A stretch of 64,000 bases of DNA from the human T2T-CHM13v2.0 reference genome, Homo sapiens. The stretch's first letter is position 1. Every line of letters starts with the position of its first letter. This document shows, piece after piece, positions 32,901-48,513 of the stretch. The stretch lies in assembly GCF_009914755.1 (NCBI RefSeq), contig NC_060940.1; one strand, given 5' to 3'. Both the position numbers and the translations under genes were made by a program. The notes under the pieces are model-generated. The model worked only from the letters and a program-made list of their open reading frames with translations. It was not told where the DNA came from and made no database searches.

Positions 32901-33688
32901 TGTAAAATCACATTTAGTTAAGTCAGCTTACACTAAGCTATGGACCCAGATGGTCCTGGGGCCTTTTTCCACTGGGAGATCTTTAAGGACCTTTCTTAGC
33001 TTTTCTATGCTAATTGGTATATTCATAGTTGCCTTATTTCAGTGCCCATTTTGTTAATGTGTATTTTTACTAGGAAATCACCCATTTTTTCTAGGTTTCC
33101 AGTTTGATGCAATTATTTGACTTTTAATTTCTCCTCTGTTTTTAGTTTTGTACATAATTTTCCTATCTACTTTTGCACTCTTTTTTCCATCAACAATGTT
33201 TTTAAAATATACTTTTTAGCTTTTTTTGAAGAATTGTTATGTTTGACAATTTTTTATGACCTAATCATGACCGTAAATGATTTTTAATTAATTTCAGCTT
33301 AATGTCTTTTGTAGGGCACAACTGTTAAAATACAAAATTACAACAAATGTGGGTTTGCAGATCTTAATTGGCTTTTTTTGTGGTTCTAGAATCAGGCAGC
33401 AGTCCAGACCAAAAATGGTTCAGAATGATCTGCCACACAACATGTGCGGGTTATATTTATAGCCAGAGAAAAAAAGTGACATACAGAAAACAGAAGTGAG
33501 GTATAGAGGTGGCTGGATTGGTTACAGACCTGGTTACAGCCCGGATTTGCCTTCTTGGAACTTGTTTTGAACAGCTGGCTGCCGGCCATTGACTGACACT
33601 CGGCTGATGTGATTGGCTGAACCGCCGCTATTTGTTACCATGATACATTCCCAAGTCAGATTTACAGTTTGTTTCTATACTAAATTAG

Positions 33689-34012
<324 letters not shown>

Positions 34013-34595
34013 GCGACTCTTTACAAGGACTCCTTGGGAGGCTTCTAGAGCCCAAATGTTGTTTGATGTAAGAATTCCTCCCTTTTGGTCAGCCTCTCAA
34101 TTTTGAGATATTGATCAAAACTTTGGGCATTGGTATCACTCTTTGTTATCGTTGTAAATTGAGTTATTAGTACTTATTTGCTTTCAGTGTGGCATTTTCA
34201 AGTTTTATTTGGTCTCAGTGCCCTCTGGGCAATAGCAGAACACTGTGTTGTGTAAGGCGGAAATAGAGCAATAGAAAATAACAACTGATTTGTTAACATC
34301 AGATTACTTCAAGTTACTTGTTTTGGTAAGAATTAAAGCAGAGGGGACTTCTTTATGCTGACTCAGGTAGACTGGAATCTCTTCAGGGAAAAAGGGAGAT
34401 CTTTTGGGATCTGTCTACTTCCTTAAAGTTTCAGCTTCGTTGTGTGTCATTCAGCGTGAGTGTCTCCATTCTGGTTTTGCCTGCTCAGTGTGGCCTAATG
34501 CGGGAGTGGTGACCGAAACAATGACCTCCCGTAGTTTGTTCCACAGTTCTCCCCTTTTGGTTGGGTTCCTGCCTAGGTGAGGGTGTGACTAAAAC

Positions 34596-34791
34596 CTTAG
34601 GGCATTAGCAGTATTCTCAGTAACTATCATTTTAGGGTTCCGGTCTTAGGGCATTAGCACTATTCTCAGTAACTATCATTTTAGGTTTCCGGTCTTAGGG
34701 CATTAGCACTATTCTCAGTAACTATCATTTTAGGTTTCCGGTCTTAGGGCATTAGCACTATCCTCAGTAACTATCATTTTAGGGTTCCGGT
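34596..34791. repeat. 49-bp minisatellite, 4 near-identical copies
   Basis: CTTAGGGCATTAGCACTATTCTCAGTAACTATCATTTTAGGKTTCCGGT starting at 34596, 34645, 34694 and 34743. Confidence 0.95.
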
Positions 34792-35589
34792 CTCAACACG
34801 TCATTTAAGAAGTCAGTAAAGCTTTCTTCTATTGTGACAGCATATTTAATACTGAGAAGGAAAAGAAAATTTTTATCTTGCGAATGTGAGCTTCCTCTAA
34901 ATTATCAGGTCCAGAGAGGCGTGGGAATGAGGCAGCAGTCACGTCCCATTTCCCGCTTAGCTAAGTAATCATATCTTGAAGCTGCTTGCTATGTAGACTA
35001 GACTGACTGTCATCAGCTATAGATTAACCTAAGAGTGTCTTTGAATATTTTTTCCAGTGGCAAATATTTGCTTCTTTTGTATCGTAGCTGAAAGGAATGC
35101 TGGGAAACAAAATAAAGGCAAGCATTCATTAGAATAAGTGATCCAGTCACAATGAATCAATTTGAACTTTTTTTTTTTTTTCGCAAAGTCATACTTTGAA
35201 AACGTCCAGCCGTAAATTGAAATAGTCTCCAAAATGTGAATTTTTTTCCCTGGTTCTAAGATGACCAGCTTTCTTAGAGAGTGAACTACACCATAAGGAA
35301 AATGATATGACCATGTTTACACATATATGTTATCTTAACATAAAACATGTAAAAGGGGCATTTCTTTGAAAGTATATATTAGTCTGTATAATTTACTTTG
35401 CAGTATCATGAATGCTCTTATTTTTAAAAGTAGGAGTAGTTACTGTCAATTACTAATTTTTAGTACAAATAATTTAGCAGATATCTGAAAAAATTACAAT
35501 TTTTAAATAGAGGTTTTATTTTAAATTAGTTTTAGATTCATACAGAAATTGGGAAGAAAATGCAGATTTCCCATGTAGACGCAACCTAG

Positions 35590-35757
<168 letters not shown>

Positions 35758-35760
35758 TGA

Positions 35761-35990
<230 letters not shown>

Positions 35991-36254
35991 TAAGCTCACA
36001 TCTTATTTGGTTTCCCTTAGTTCTGCCTTTTTCTCTCCCAGGATCCTATCTAGGATCCCATAGGACATTTAGTCATCATGTCAGGCTCTTCTTGGCTGTG
36101 ACAATCTCTCAGACTTTACTTCTGAGGACCTGGAACAGTGTTAGGAGGATTGGTCAGGTATTGTGTAGAATGTCCTCCATTGTGGTTTACTTGGGGTTTT
36201 TCTCATAATCAGCCTGGGTTTAGGGGTTTGGGGGAAGCAGAGCAGATGTGTAGT

Positions 36255-36872
36255 GTGTCCACAAAAAGAGTCAAAGACTGTAAAATATTTTAAGAGATGT
36301 ATTCTGAGCCAAATATGAGTGACCATGGCCCTTGACACAGCCCTCAGGAGACCCTGAGAACATGTGCCCAAGGTCGTTGGGGTGCAGGTTGGTTCTATAC
36401 ATTTTAGGGAGATAGGAGACATCAATCAAGTGTATTTAAGATATATATTGGTTCGGTCCAGGAAGGTGGGACAACCCAATGGATTAGGGTGGGGGGGGGG
36501 CTTCCAGGTTATAGGTACATTTAAAATTTTTCTGATTGGCAGTTTGTTGAAAGACTTACTATCAATAGAAAGGAGTGTCTGGGTTATGATAAGGGGTTAT
36601 GGAGACCAAGGTTTTATCATGGAAATGAAGCTTCCAGGTAGCAGGCTTCAGAGAGAATAGATTGTAAATGTTTCTTATCAGATTTAAGGTTGTGTTGATG
36701 TTAAATGCTGATTGGCTTTTCCTGAATTCCAAAAGGGAGGAGGGCATAATGAGGCATGTCTGACCACCTCTTTCCCATCATAGCCTGAACCAGTCTTCCA
36801 GGTTAACTTTGGTGTCCCCTGGTGGAGAGGTGGTTGGGGGAAAGATCTTTGAATTTTATTTTTGGTTTGCAA
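36255..36872 (-). mobile_element. MER4-group LTR
   Basis: tattctgagccaaatatgagtgaccatggcc ... acatgtgcccaaggt ... ttttatttttggtttgca. Confidence 0.75.
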
Positions 36873-37749
36873 GTGCTAGTCTAGTCACTTCATGCTCTCA
36901 AGATGTGTTATCACCATTAATGTTAACTTTTATCACTTGGTTGAGGCAGTGTTTTCAGGTTTTTCACTGTAAAGTTACTTTTTTCCCATGTCTATATTGT
37001 ATGTATGCTTTTGGAGGAAGTCATCAGGCAGAGCTCATACTTAAAGGAGTGGGGAGTTAGCCCCACCTCCTTGATGGCTGTCTGTATCAGGTATTTGGAA
37101 TTCTTCTGTATAAGAGATTTCTATTCAGCCCATTTGCATATCTGTTTAATCATTTATTTATACCAGTATGGGTCCACAGATAGTTACTTTAATCTTTTGG
37201 TTGTTATCTAATTGTACAGTATTTTGTTGCTCTTTGTTCATACCTGTGGCCATTGGTAGCTCTTTCCACTGGCTCCTTTTACATAATTTCATGTTTTTTT
37301 TATAATTTATTTCTGTTACTTCAAAAGTACCCTGGCTCATATATTTTCTGTCCCAGTCCTAGTTTCAGCTATTTCTTCTAATAGCCCTGATTTCTTTTGT
37401 TAGAGAATGGTATGAAAAACTTACATCTGGCCACTAAATGTGGTCATTGCATCATGACACTTACAGCTGACAGTGCAAAGAAATATATGTGTGTCTTCTA
37501 ACTTATATGTACCCACTTAATTATAAAGGTTTCTATGTGGAACCATCTATGTATATGTTAAGCTAAATGTGAGTTTATACTTACGTTGTATATATATATT
37601 CTGACTCATTATGACAGAGATCATTCTAGGCTTCCCTATTTTTTATCTGTAACTTCTCGCTGTAATAATGAGGAACCTGGCTCCTACTATCTGCCATTTA
37701 TTTCATCCCTTGTACCATTGGGAACAAGGAATTCATTCTTGATCAAGAT

Positions 37750-38760
37750 TCCAGGTTGGGACTTAATAAGAAATATATGTTTGGTCTGTGTCTGCAGTTC
37801 CTGGTACAGAGCTTCTAAAACTATTATAATTTCCTGAACAGTAGGGGTGCTAGGAGCATCTTGTGTTCTAATATTTGGTCTTTGGCCCTGGTTCCTGACG
37901 CAGAGTTCCTAAATCTCTTGGAATCTCCTGGATAATAGGAATGGCTTCTGTTCTAATAAGGACACTCTGTGGGTTCCTGGATGGTTTCAGGATGGGGATG
38001 GTCACCAGAAAGACCAAGCCATGATAAGAAGGTTGTAACTTTTAGCTTAACATGCAATCCTTTGAGGGTGTGAAGGGACTGGAAATTGAGTTAATAATCC
38101 GTCATGTCTACATGATGAAGCTTCCATAAAAATTCCTAAAATATGGAATTTGGAAAGTTCCAGATCAAGGCTGACAGATTTGATGTCTAGTGAGGGCTCA
38201 TCTATCATAGATAGTGCCTTCTAGCATGTCGTGACATGGCAGAATGGGGAAACGGGCTCCTAGATGCTTTTATAAGGGCACTGGTTTCATTCATGAGGAC
38301 AGCACTCTCATGATCCGATCACCTCTCGGTTACCTCTGAATACCATCCCTTTGGGGATTACATTTCAAAATAGGAATTTGGGGTGGGGGTGTACACACAT
38401 TGAGACCATAATAACTAGTAAACATAAGTAAGTATTTCCTAGTTCCATAAGCCATCATAGCAAATTGTCAAACCTGAAGAGGGGGTGTAGGAATGCCTAG
38501 TTTCTAGCCAAGTCATATAGAAGTTTGGGTAAACTGGGGATTCACAACTTGTGATTGGCATCTGAGGTTGTGGACAGTCTGGTGTTACTAAGCCCTTAAC
38601 CTGTAGGGTGTATACTAACTCCAGGTAATCAGTGTCACAGTTGAATTACAGGATACCCAATTGTTTTCCAGAGAGTTGGAATATTGGTTGGTATGGGAAA
38701 CACCCCCCACCCCCCACAATTTGCTGTTAAAAGTGGAGTGTTGATAGTATAGAGGAAAAT
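37750..38760. mobile_element. MER21-like LTR (a second copy lies at ~45590-46210)
   Basis: tggtcaccagaaagaccaagccatga, ttgtgattggcatctg, ttgaattacaggatacccaa motifs. Confidence 0.6.
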
Positions 38761-38949
38761 CATGGTTATTTTTCTTTTTACAGATATAGTAGTTTCAAAA
38801 TTAACTATTATCCCTATGGGAAATAACTTTATAAAATAGAGTCCACTGTTCGTGTATATAGTACGTTTTGTTTTTAGTCTATGGATTCTACTCATTTCCA
38901 GCTCAGCACCTTTGGCCCACCACTTGCAACATACATTGGTAATACAGTT

Positions 38950-40500
<1,551 letters not shown>

Positions 40501-40519
40501 TATGGATATACTGGCCTTT

Positions 40520-40810
40520 ATTTCGGTTTGAATTTCCAAAATTATGACACTGAATAAACTGAATATTGAATTTTATAGGTATTTCAGGACAGCCAGGAGG
40601 GGGCGCACATCCGCCGCGAAACTGTGAGCAAGAGCGTCTGTGCTGAACCATGGCGCCACCAGAGGGCGCGCGATCCCGCCCCAACCAACTTCCCGCTGAA
40701 GTGCCAGAAGCAGCGAGGAGCTTCAACTTCCTCAGGGCAGCACGGGGGTCGTGTTAATTTGGTGTTCTTCATTGGTGAGTAAAAAGCTCCTGTCCACGGC
40801 CCTGAGTGCC
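40520..40810 (+). promoter_or_regulatory. CpG-containing element with two CTCF-like motifs and a splice donor (cassette copy C)
   Basis: CCAGGAGGGGGCGC at 40593, CCACCAGAGGGCGC at 40656, TTG|GTGAGT at 40775. Confidence 0.7.
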
Positions 40811-40976
40811 AAGGAGTGAGTCTTTAGAGCACTCAGCAGAGGAAGAAATTCATCTAGAAAAATAAAGCCCCCAAATCTCACTATTTGGAGTACACCCTAA
40901 TATCATTGTCAACGTCCAAGACACAGTGGCTGCTAATATATATTCTTACAGTGGCCTCTAATATAATAATCACACT

Positions 40977-43900
40977 GTGCTCTACATTACTATGATATCT
41001 ACACCGTGCCCTAACACCCATATAATATTCACACCATGCGCTAACACTGATGTAATCCACAACATCGCTTCCAATACTAATGTAATAATATCCACACCAT
41101 GCCCTATCACTGATCTAGTCCACACCATCGCTTCCAATACTAATGTAATAATATCCACACCATGCCCTATCACTGATCTAGTCCACACCATCGCTTCCAA
41201 TACTAATGTAATAATATCCACACCATGCCCTATCACTGATCTAGTCCACACCATCGCTTCCAATACTAATGTAGTAATATCCACACCATGCCCTATCACT
41301 GATCTAGTCCACACCATCGCTTCCAATACTAATGTAATAATATCCACACCATGCCCTATCACTGATCTAGTCCACACCATCGCTTCCAATACTAATGTAA
41401 TAATATCCACACCATGCCCTATCACTGATCTAATCCACACCATCGCTTCCAATACTAATGTAATAATATCCACACCATGCCCTATCACTGATCTAATACA
41501 CACCATCACTTCCAATACTAATGTAATAATATCCACACCATGCCCTATCACTGATCTAGTCCACACCATCGCTTCCAATACTAATGTAATAATATCCACA
41601 CCATGCCCTATCACTGATCTAGTCCACACCATCGCTTCCAATACTAATGTAATAATATCCACACCATGCCGTATCACTGATCTAATACACAACATCACTT
41701 CCAATACTAATGTAGTAATATCCACACCATGCCCTATCACTGATCTAGTCCACACCATCGCTTCCAATGCTAATGTAATAATATCCACACCATGCCCTAT
41801 CACTGATGTAATCCACAACATCGCTTCCAATACTAATGTAATAATATCCACACCATGCCCTAACACTGATCTAGTACACACCATCGCTTCCAATGCTAAT
41901 GTAATAATATCCACACCATGCCCTATCACTGATCTAATCCACACCATCGCTTCCAATACTAATGTAATAATATCCACACCATGCCCTATCACTGATGTAA
42001 TCCACACCATCGCTTCCAACACTAATGTAGTAATATCCACACCATGCCCTATCACTGATCTAATCCACACCATCGCTTCCAATACTAATGTAATAATATC
42101 CACACCATGCCCTATCACTGATCTAGTCCACACCATCGCTTCCAATGCTAATGTAGTAATATCCACACCATGCCCTATCACTGATCTAATCCACACCATC
42201 GCTTCCAATACTAATGTAATAATATCCACACCATGCCCTATCACTGATCTAGTCCACACCATCGCTTCCAATACTAATGTAATAATATCCACACCATGCC
42301 CTATCACTGATCTAGTCCACACCATCGCTTCCAATACTAATGTAGTAATATCCACACCATGCCCTATCACTGATCTAGTCCACACCATCGCTTCCAATAC
42401 TAATGTAGTAATATCCACACCATGCCCTATCACTGATCTAATCCACACCATCGCTTCCAATACTAATGTAATAATATCCACACCGTGCCCTATCACTGAT
42501 CTAATACACACCATCGCTTCCAATAGTAATGTAATAATATCCACACCGTGCCCTATCACTGATCTAATCCACACCATCGCTTCCAATACTAATGTAGTAA
42601 TATCCACACCATGCCCTAACACTGATCTAGTCCACACTATCGCTTCCAATACTAATGTAATAATATCCACACCATGCCCTATCACTGATCTAGTCCACAC
42701 CATCGCTTCCAATACTAATGTAGTAATATCCACACCATGCCCTATCACTGATCTAGTCCACACCATCGCTTCCAATACTAATGTAATAATATCCACACCA
42801 TGCCCTATCACTGATCTAGTCCACACCATCGCTTCCAATACTAATGTAGTAATATCCACACCATGCCCTATCACTGATCTAGTCCACACCATCGCTTCCA
42901 ATACTAATGTAATAATATCCACACCATGCCCTATCACTGATCTAGTCCACACCATCGCTTCCAATGCTAATGTAATAATATCCACACCATGCCCTATCAC
43001 TGATCTAATCCACACCATCGCTTCCAATACTAATGTAATAATATCCACACCATCCCCTATCACTGATCTAGTCCACACCATCGCTTCCAATACTAATGTA
43101 GTAATATCCACCCCATGCCCTATCACTGATCTAGTCCACACCATCGCTTCCAATACTAATGTAGTAATATCCACACCGTGCCCTATCACTGATCTAGTCC
43201 ACACCATCGCTTCCAATACTAATGTAGTAATATCCACACCATGCCCTATCACTGATCTAATCCACACCATCGCTTCCAATGCTAATGTAATAATATCCAC
43301 ACCATGCCCTATCACTGATCTAATCCACACCATCGCTTCCAATGCTAATGTAATAATATCCACACCATGCCCTATCACTGATCTAGTCCACACCATCGCT
43401 TCCAATACTAATGTAATAATATCCACACCATGCCCTATCACTGATCTAGTCCACACCATCGCTTCCAATGCTAATGTAATAATATCCACACCATGCCCTA
43501 TCACTGATGTAATCCACACCATCGCTTCCAATACTAATGTAATAATATCCACACCATGCCCTATCACTGATCTAGTCCACACCATCGCTTCCAATGCTAA
43601 TGTAATAATATCCACACCATGCCCTATCACTGATGTAATCCACACCATCGCTTCCAATACTAATGTAATAATATGCACACCATGCCCTATCACTGATCTA
43701 GTCCACACCATCGCTTCCAATACTAATGTGATAATATCCACAGCATGCCGTATCACTGATCTAGTCCACACCATCGCTTCCAGTACTAATGTAATAATAT
43801 CCACACCATGCCCTATCACTGATGTAATCCACACCATCGCTTCCAATACTAATGTAATAATATCCACACCATGCCCTATCACTGATCTAGTCCACACCAT

Positions 43901-44600
43901 CGCTTCCAATGCTAATGTAATAATATCCACACCATGCCCTATCACTGATGTAATCCACACCATCGCTTCCAATACTAATGTAATAATATGCACACCATGC
44001 CCTATCACTGATCTAGTCCACACCATCGCTTCCAATACTAATGTGATAATATCCACACCATGCCCTATCACTGATCTAGTCCACACCATCGCTTCCAGTA
44101 CTAATGTAATAATATCCACACCATGCCCTATCACTGATCTAATCCACACCATCGCTTCCAATACTAATGTAATAATATCCACACCATGCCCTATCACTGA
44201 TCTAATCCACACCATCGCTTCCAGTGCTAATGTAATAATATCCACACCATGCCCTATCACTGATCTAGTCCACACCATCGCTTCCAATACCAATGTAATA
44301 ATATCCACACCATGCCCTATCACTGATCTAATCCACACCATCGCTTCCAATACTAATGTAATAATATCCACACCATGCCCTATCACTGATCTAGTCCACA
44401 CCATCGCTTCCAATACTAATGTAATAATATCCACACCATGCCCTATCACTGATCTAATCCACACCATCTCTTCTAATACTAATGCAATAATATCCACACC
44501 ATGCCCTAACACTGATGTAATATCTGCACCATTCCCCAACACCAATACAATATCCACACCGTTCCCTAACACTAATCTAAATATCCATACCATGCCCTAA
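40977..44600. repeat. 63-bp VNTR, ~55-56 core copies plus degenerate flanks
   Basis: Unit TCCACACCATGCCCTATCACTGATCTAGTCCACACCATCGCTTCCAATACTAATGTAATAATA; 21-aa periodicity in both long ORFs. Confidence 0.97.
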
Positions 44601-46929
44601 CACTAATATATTGACACAGTGGCCTCTAATACTAATAAATATAATAATATCTACTAAGTGGACTCTGTTGACATTGAGACTTTGTTAAGGGTTTTACAGC
44701 TTTGGCTGAACTATAGCCTCTGTAATGGATTTTGATGATGTGTCTGCTTTCCTGGCATGGTATTGACATGGTTGTTTTAAAAAGTAACTTATTTTCCAAT
44801 AATGTCATATGTCTAGGCAACTTCCAGTAGTAGTACAAAGTACAGCTTGTTTCTTCCCTTAGATTCCCCAACAGTTATTGCTGTACCAGATTTGCAGTGT
44901 CCCACAAAATACTCCGGTATATTCTACTGAAAGCATGGACACTCTCCCAGGTAACTACCACATAACCCCTAGATCAGGAAATCAGCGTTGTTCCTACATG
45001 ATAATTCGGTCCACAAACTCACTTCAGTTTTACCTCATGCCACACTTGGGAGTATAATGTTTTTTTTTTTTTTTTTTATTAGGATCCAGTTTTCTTTTCC
45101 TGGAACTGTTCCCCAGACTTTCCTGCATATTTATGACCTTGACACATTTAAAGAGCATACAGGTTTTTGTTTGAACAGTTGTTTTCAGGTCTTTGGGGTA
45201 TATACCTAGGAATGGAATCATTAACTCATATGGTAAATCTATTTGTAACTTTATGAGGAAACATCAAATTATTTTACACGTAGGCTGCACCATTTCATAT
45301 TGTCACAAGCAGTGTTTAAGAGTTCAAGTTTCTGCACATCTTTGTCAACACTTGTTATTTTTTAGTATAACTATTCTTGTGTGAGTTAAGGGTTATCTCT
45401 TTATGGTTTTAATTATGGTAATGATGTTAAGCATCTTTTCATGTGCTTGTTGGTGAAGTGTGTCTTTTGTCAATTTTTAGATTGGGTTGTCTTTGCTATG
45501 GAGTTGTAAAAGTTCTTTATACATTCTGGATAACAGACACTGATGAAGTATCTAATGTGCAGACATTTTCTTCCATTTTATAGGTTGTTGGAACGTAATA
45601 AGAGTTAATGTGTGGTCTCTGCTGCAGTGTCCTGAAACAGAGCGCTAAGCCTTGGGAATGTACGAAGTAATGTGTCTTTCGTACGCTAATGAAATGATTG
45701 ATGGCTGGGGGCACCTGGACAGCCTCAGTGGGGCTGGCTGCCAAGGGAAGCAACCTTGTCATGAGAGAATTTGAAATTTCTTCCCCCGTCCCGTCTCTGT
45801 GAAGGGGAGAGGTGCTGATGGTTGAGTTGATCACCTATGGCCACAGACGTAACCAATCTGCCTGTGTAATAAAGGACAGGGTTGGGAGAGCATCTGTGTT
45901 GCTCTCCCAACACAAGAGATACTGGGAGGATCATATCTGGCGAGGGCATGGGAGGCCTGCATTCCTTCCATATACCTCACCTTGTGCATCTCTTCATCTG
46001 GCTTTTCATTTGTAGTGTTTAAAAGATCCTTGGTAATGAGTCAGGAATAGTAAGTACACTGCTTTCATGGGTTGTGTAATGTGATGTAGCAAATTGCTGA
46101 ACCCAATAAGGGTGTTGTGGGAGTCTCCAATCTGTAGGAAAGTCAGACAGAAGGTAACCTGGGAACCTACTGTTTGTGGTTGGCATCTTAAGTGGTTACA
46201 GTCTTGTAACTTAGTACCCATATTTTCTTAAAGAAGAAATGAATTAGTTTTACCATTTTGCTGTTCCTGCACTTAGCTCTTTAGGAATGCAATTATAAGC
46301 TTTACTGTCTCTCCACCAGACACTTCCTATACTGCAAACTTTTCCAACTGTGTGATTACTTATAAGTTCCAGGGACCAAACCTTGAAACAAACTGGCACT
46401 TCCATATCTCTCCCCCACCAGTAGATTGGCAGCAGACAACAGTCAGTTTACAACCTGGCTCTGCCCGTGGTGGTGCTAGCAAGACCACCTAATGGAGAAA
46501 ACATCAGAGCATGTCCCATAGACCCCGCACCTCCTCACCTCATCCCCTGCATGCCATTCTGGCAAGTCCGAAAGCCCAGCTTTCTGCCCAGAAAGTGGAA
46601 GCGCTTCCCTTAAGGCAAGAGCCTGTATGTTCCCTTCAGCTAAGCTCTGGCATAAAGTCACTTTCTTTTTAACCATCCTTGTGTTTGTCATTTAAATTTG
46701 CAAGCGACAAGGGGCATGACGTGTATTCCTAGGACTGAGCCCTTAGCCTGTGGGGTCTGATGCTTTCTCCATTTACTGTCACAATTGGATTGCACTGTAG
46801 GACACGCAGCTGGTACCCAAGATTTGGTCTGTGTGGGGAAAAAACCCATGTATCTGGTAACAGAAGTGTTCTGTGTTGAGTGTTGAGAGTATACTATAAG
46901 ACAGTTGTTTTTCCTATTATAACATTTTG

Positions 46930-47700
46930 TCTTTCAACTTTTTTCTTCATGTCTTCTGAGACGTAAAAGTTGTGAATTTTGAGGAAATAAATTGATTTAT
47001 TTTTCCTTTTGTGGTCTGTGCTTTTGGTGTCAGATGTAGGAAACTATTGCTACGTGTAAGGTCATGAATGCTTAACTGTACGTTTTCTTCCAGAGTTTTT
47101 AGTTTTCACCTGTTTTGGTCTTTGATCCATTGTAAGTTAATTTTTTATGTGGTATGAGGTAAGGATACAATTTCATTTCCCTTTATGTGGATAGCAAGTT
47201 GCCTTACATCACTTGTTGAGGACAGGATTCTTTCCCCAATTTACTGGTAATGGACCTTGTCTAAAATCAGTTGAGCATAGAGGTATTGTTTTCTGTCTGG
47301 ACTCCCAATTCAATTCAGTTGATCTTTCTGTTTATTCCTGTGCAAGGATCCCACTGTTTTTATTACTCTTCCTTTGTAATAAAATTTGAAATTGGGATGT
47401 GATCAGGATCAGCTTATCCACTTCTGTCCCAAGGCCTTTGGGATTTTTGTAGGAATAACATCGAATCCACGGATTGCTTTGTGTACTTTGGGAAACTTAA
47501 CAATGTGGTCTACAAATCCACAAATAAGATACATTTTTACATTTACTGGAAGTTTAATTTCCTTAAGTAATCTCTTATAATTTCCCTCATCTAAGTCTTG
47601 TCGTTTCATTCCATTTATTCCTAAGTATAATATTGCTATTGGTATTGTTTAAGGTAGAATTTTCATAATTTGGTGTAGAGATTATCCATTCCTAGCATAT
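46930..47700 (-). mobile_element. Old L1 ORF2 fragment
   Basis: Minus ORF 47409-47609 NYKRLLKEIK...IVKFPKVHKAIRGFDVIPTKIP resembles L1 ORF2 (LPKAIYRFNAIPIKIP). Confidence 0.75.
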
Positions 47701-47774
47701 ACATATAAAATGGAATGTTTGGCCAGGCACCCGGGCTCATACCTATAACCCAAGCAGGTTGAGAGGCTGAGGAA

Positions 47775-48513
47775 GGGTTAGGGTTAGGGTTAGGGTTGGG
47801 GTTGGGGTTGGGGTTAGGCTTAGGGCTTAGGGCTTAGGGCTAGGGCTAGGGCTAGGGCTAGAGTTAGGGTTGGGTTAGGGTTGGGTTAGGGTAGGGTTAG
47901 GGTTAGGGGTTAGGGGTTAGGGTTTGGGTTCGGGTTTGGGTTATGGTTAGGGTTCGGGTTCAGGTTCGGATTTAGGGTTCAGGTTTATGGTTCGGGTTAG
48001 GGTTCAGGTTAGGGTTTGGGTTGGGTTTAGGGTTAGGGTTTGGGTTAGGGGTTAGGGGTTAGGGTTAGGGGTGAGGGTGAGGGTGAGGATGAGGGTTAAG
48101 GTTTAAGGGTTAAGGGTTAGGGGTTAGGGTTAGGGTTAAGGGTCAGGGTCAGGGGTTAGGGTCAAGGGTTAGGGTCAAGGGTTAGGGTTAGGGGTTAAGA
48201 GTTAGGGGTTAGGGATTATGGTTTGGGTGAGGGTGAGGTGTGAGGGTGAGGATGAGGGTTAGCGTTTTAGGGTTATGGTTAGGGTTAAGGGTTAGGGCTA
48301 GCGGTTAGGGGTTAAGGGTTAGGGGTAGGATAAGGGTAAGGATTAGGGTTAGGGTCAGGGTAAGGGTAAGGGTTATGGTTAGGGTTTTAGGGTTAGGGTT
48401 TTAGGGTTAGGGTTAGGGGTTAGGGGTTAGGGTTAGGGTTAGGGTTAGGGTTAGGATTAGGGTTAGGGGTTAGGGTTAGGGTTAGGATTAGGGGTTAGGG
48501 TTAGGGTTAGGGT
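47775..48513 (+). repeat. Interstitial degenerate telomeric array (TTAGGG)n with variant blocks
   Basis: ~740 bp of TTAGGG, TTGGGG, CTAGGG, TTCGGG, TGAGGG, TCAGGG and TAAGGG units, G-strand on +. Confidence 0.97.

Noticed and set aside
40977-44600. 1207-aa and 1203-aa ORFs as genuine mucin-like or membrane protein genes
   Set aside because: They are explained by a stop-free 63-nt unit. There is no unique domain or signal peptide, and variants are mostly non-synonymous. Kept only as a finding to test.
40977-44600. CRISPR-like array
   Set aside because: Units are contiguous with no unique spacers, there are no cas genes, and the context is primate.
47775-48513. Head-to-head telomere fusion site like 2q13
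   Set aside because: All repeats are in one orientation; there is no CCCTAA arm.
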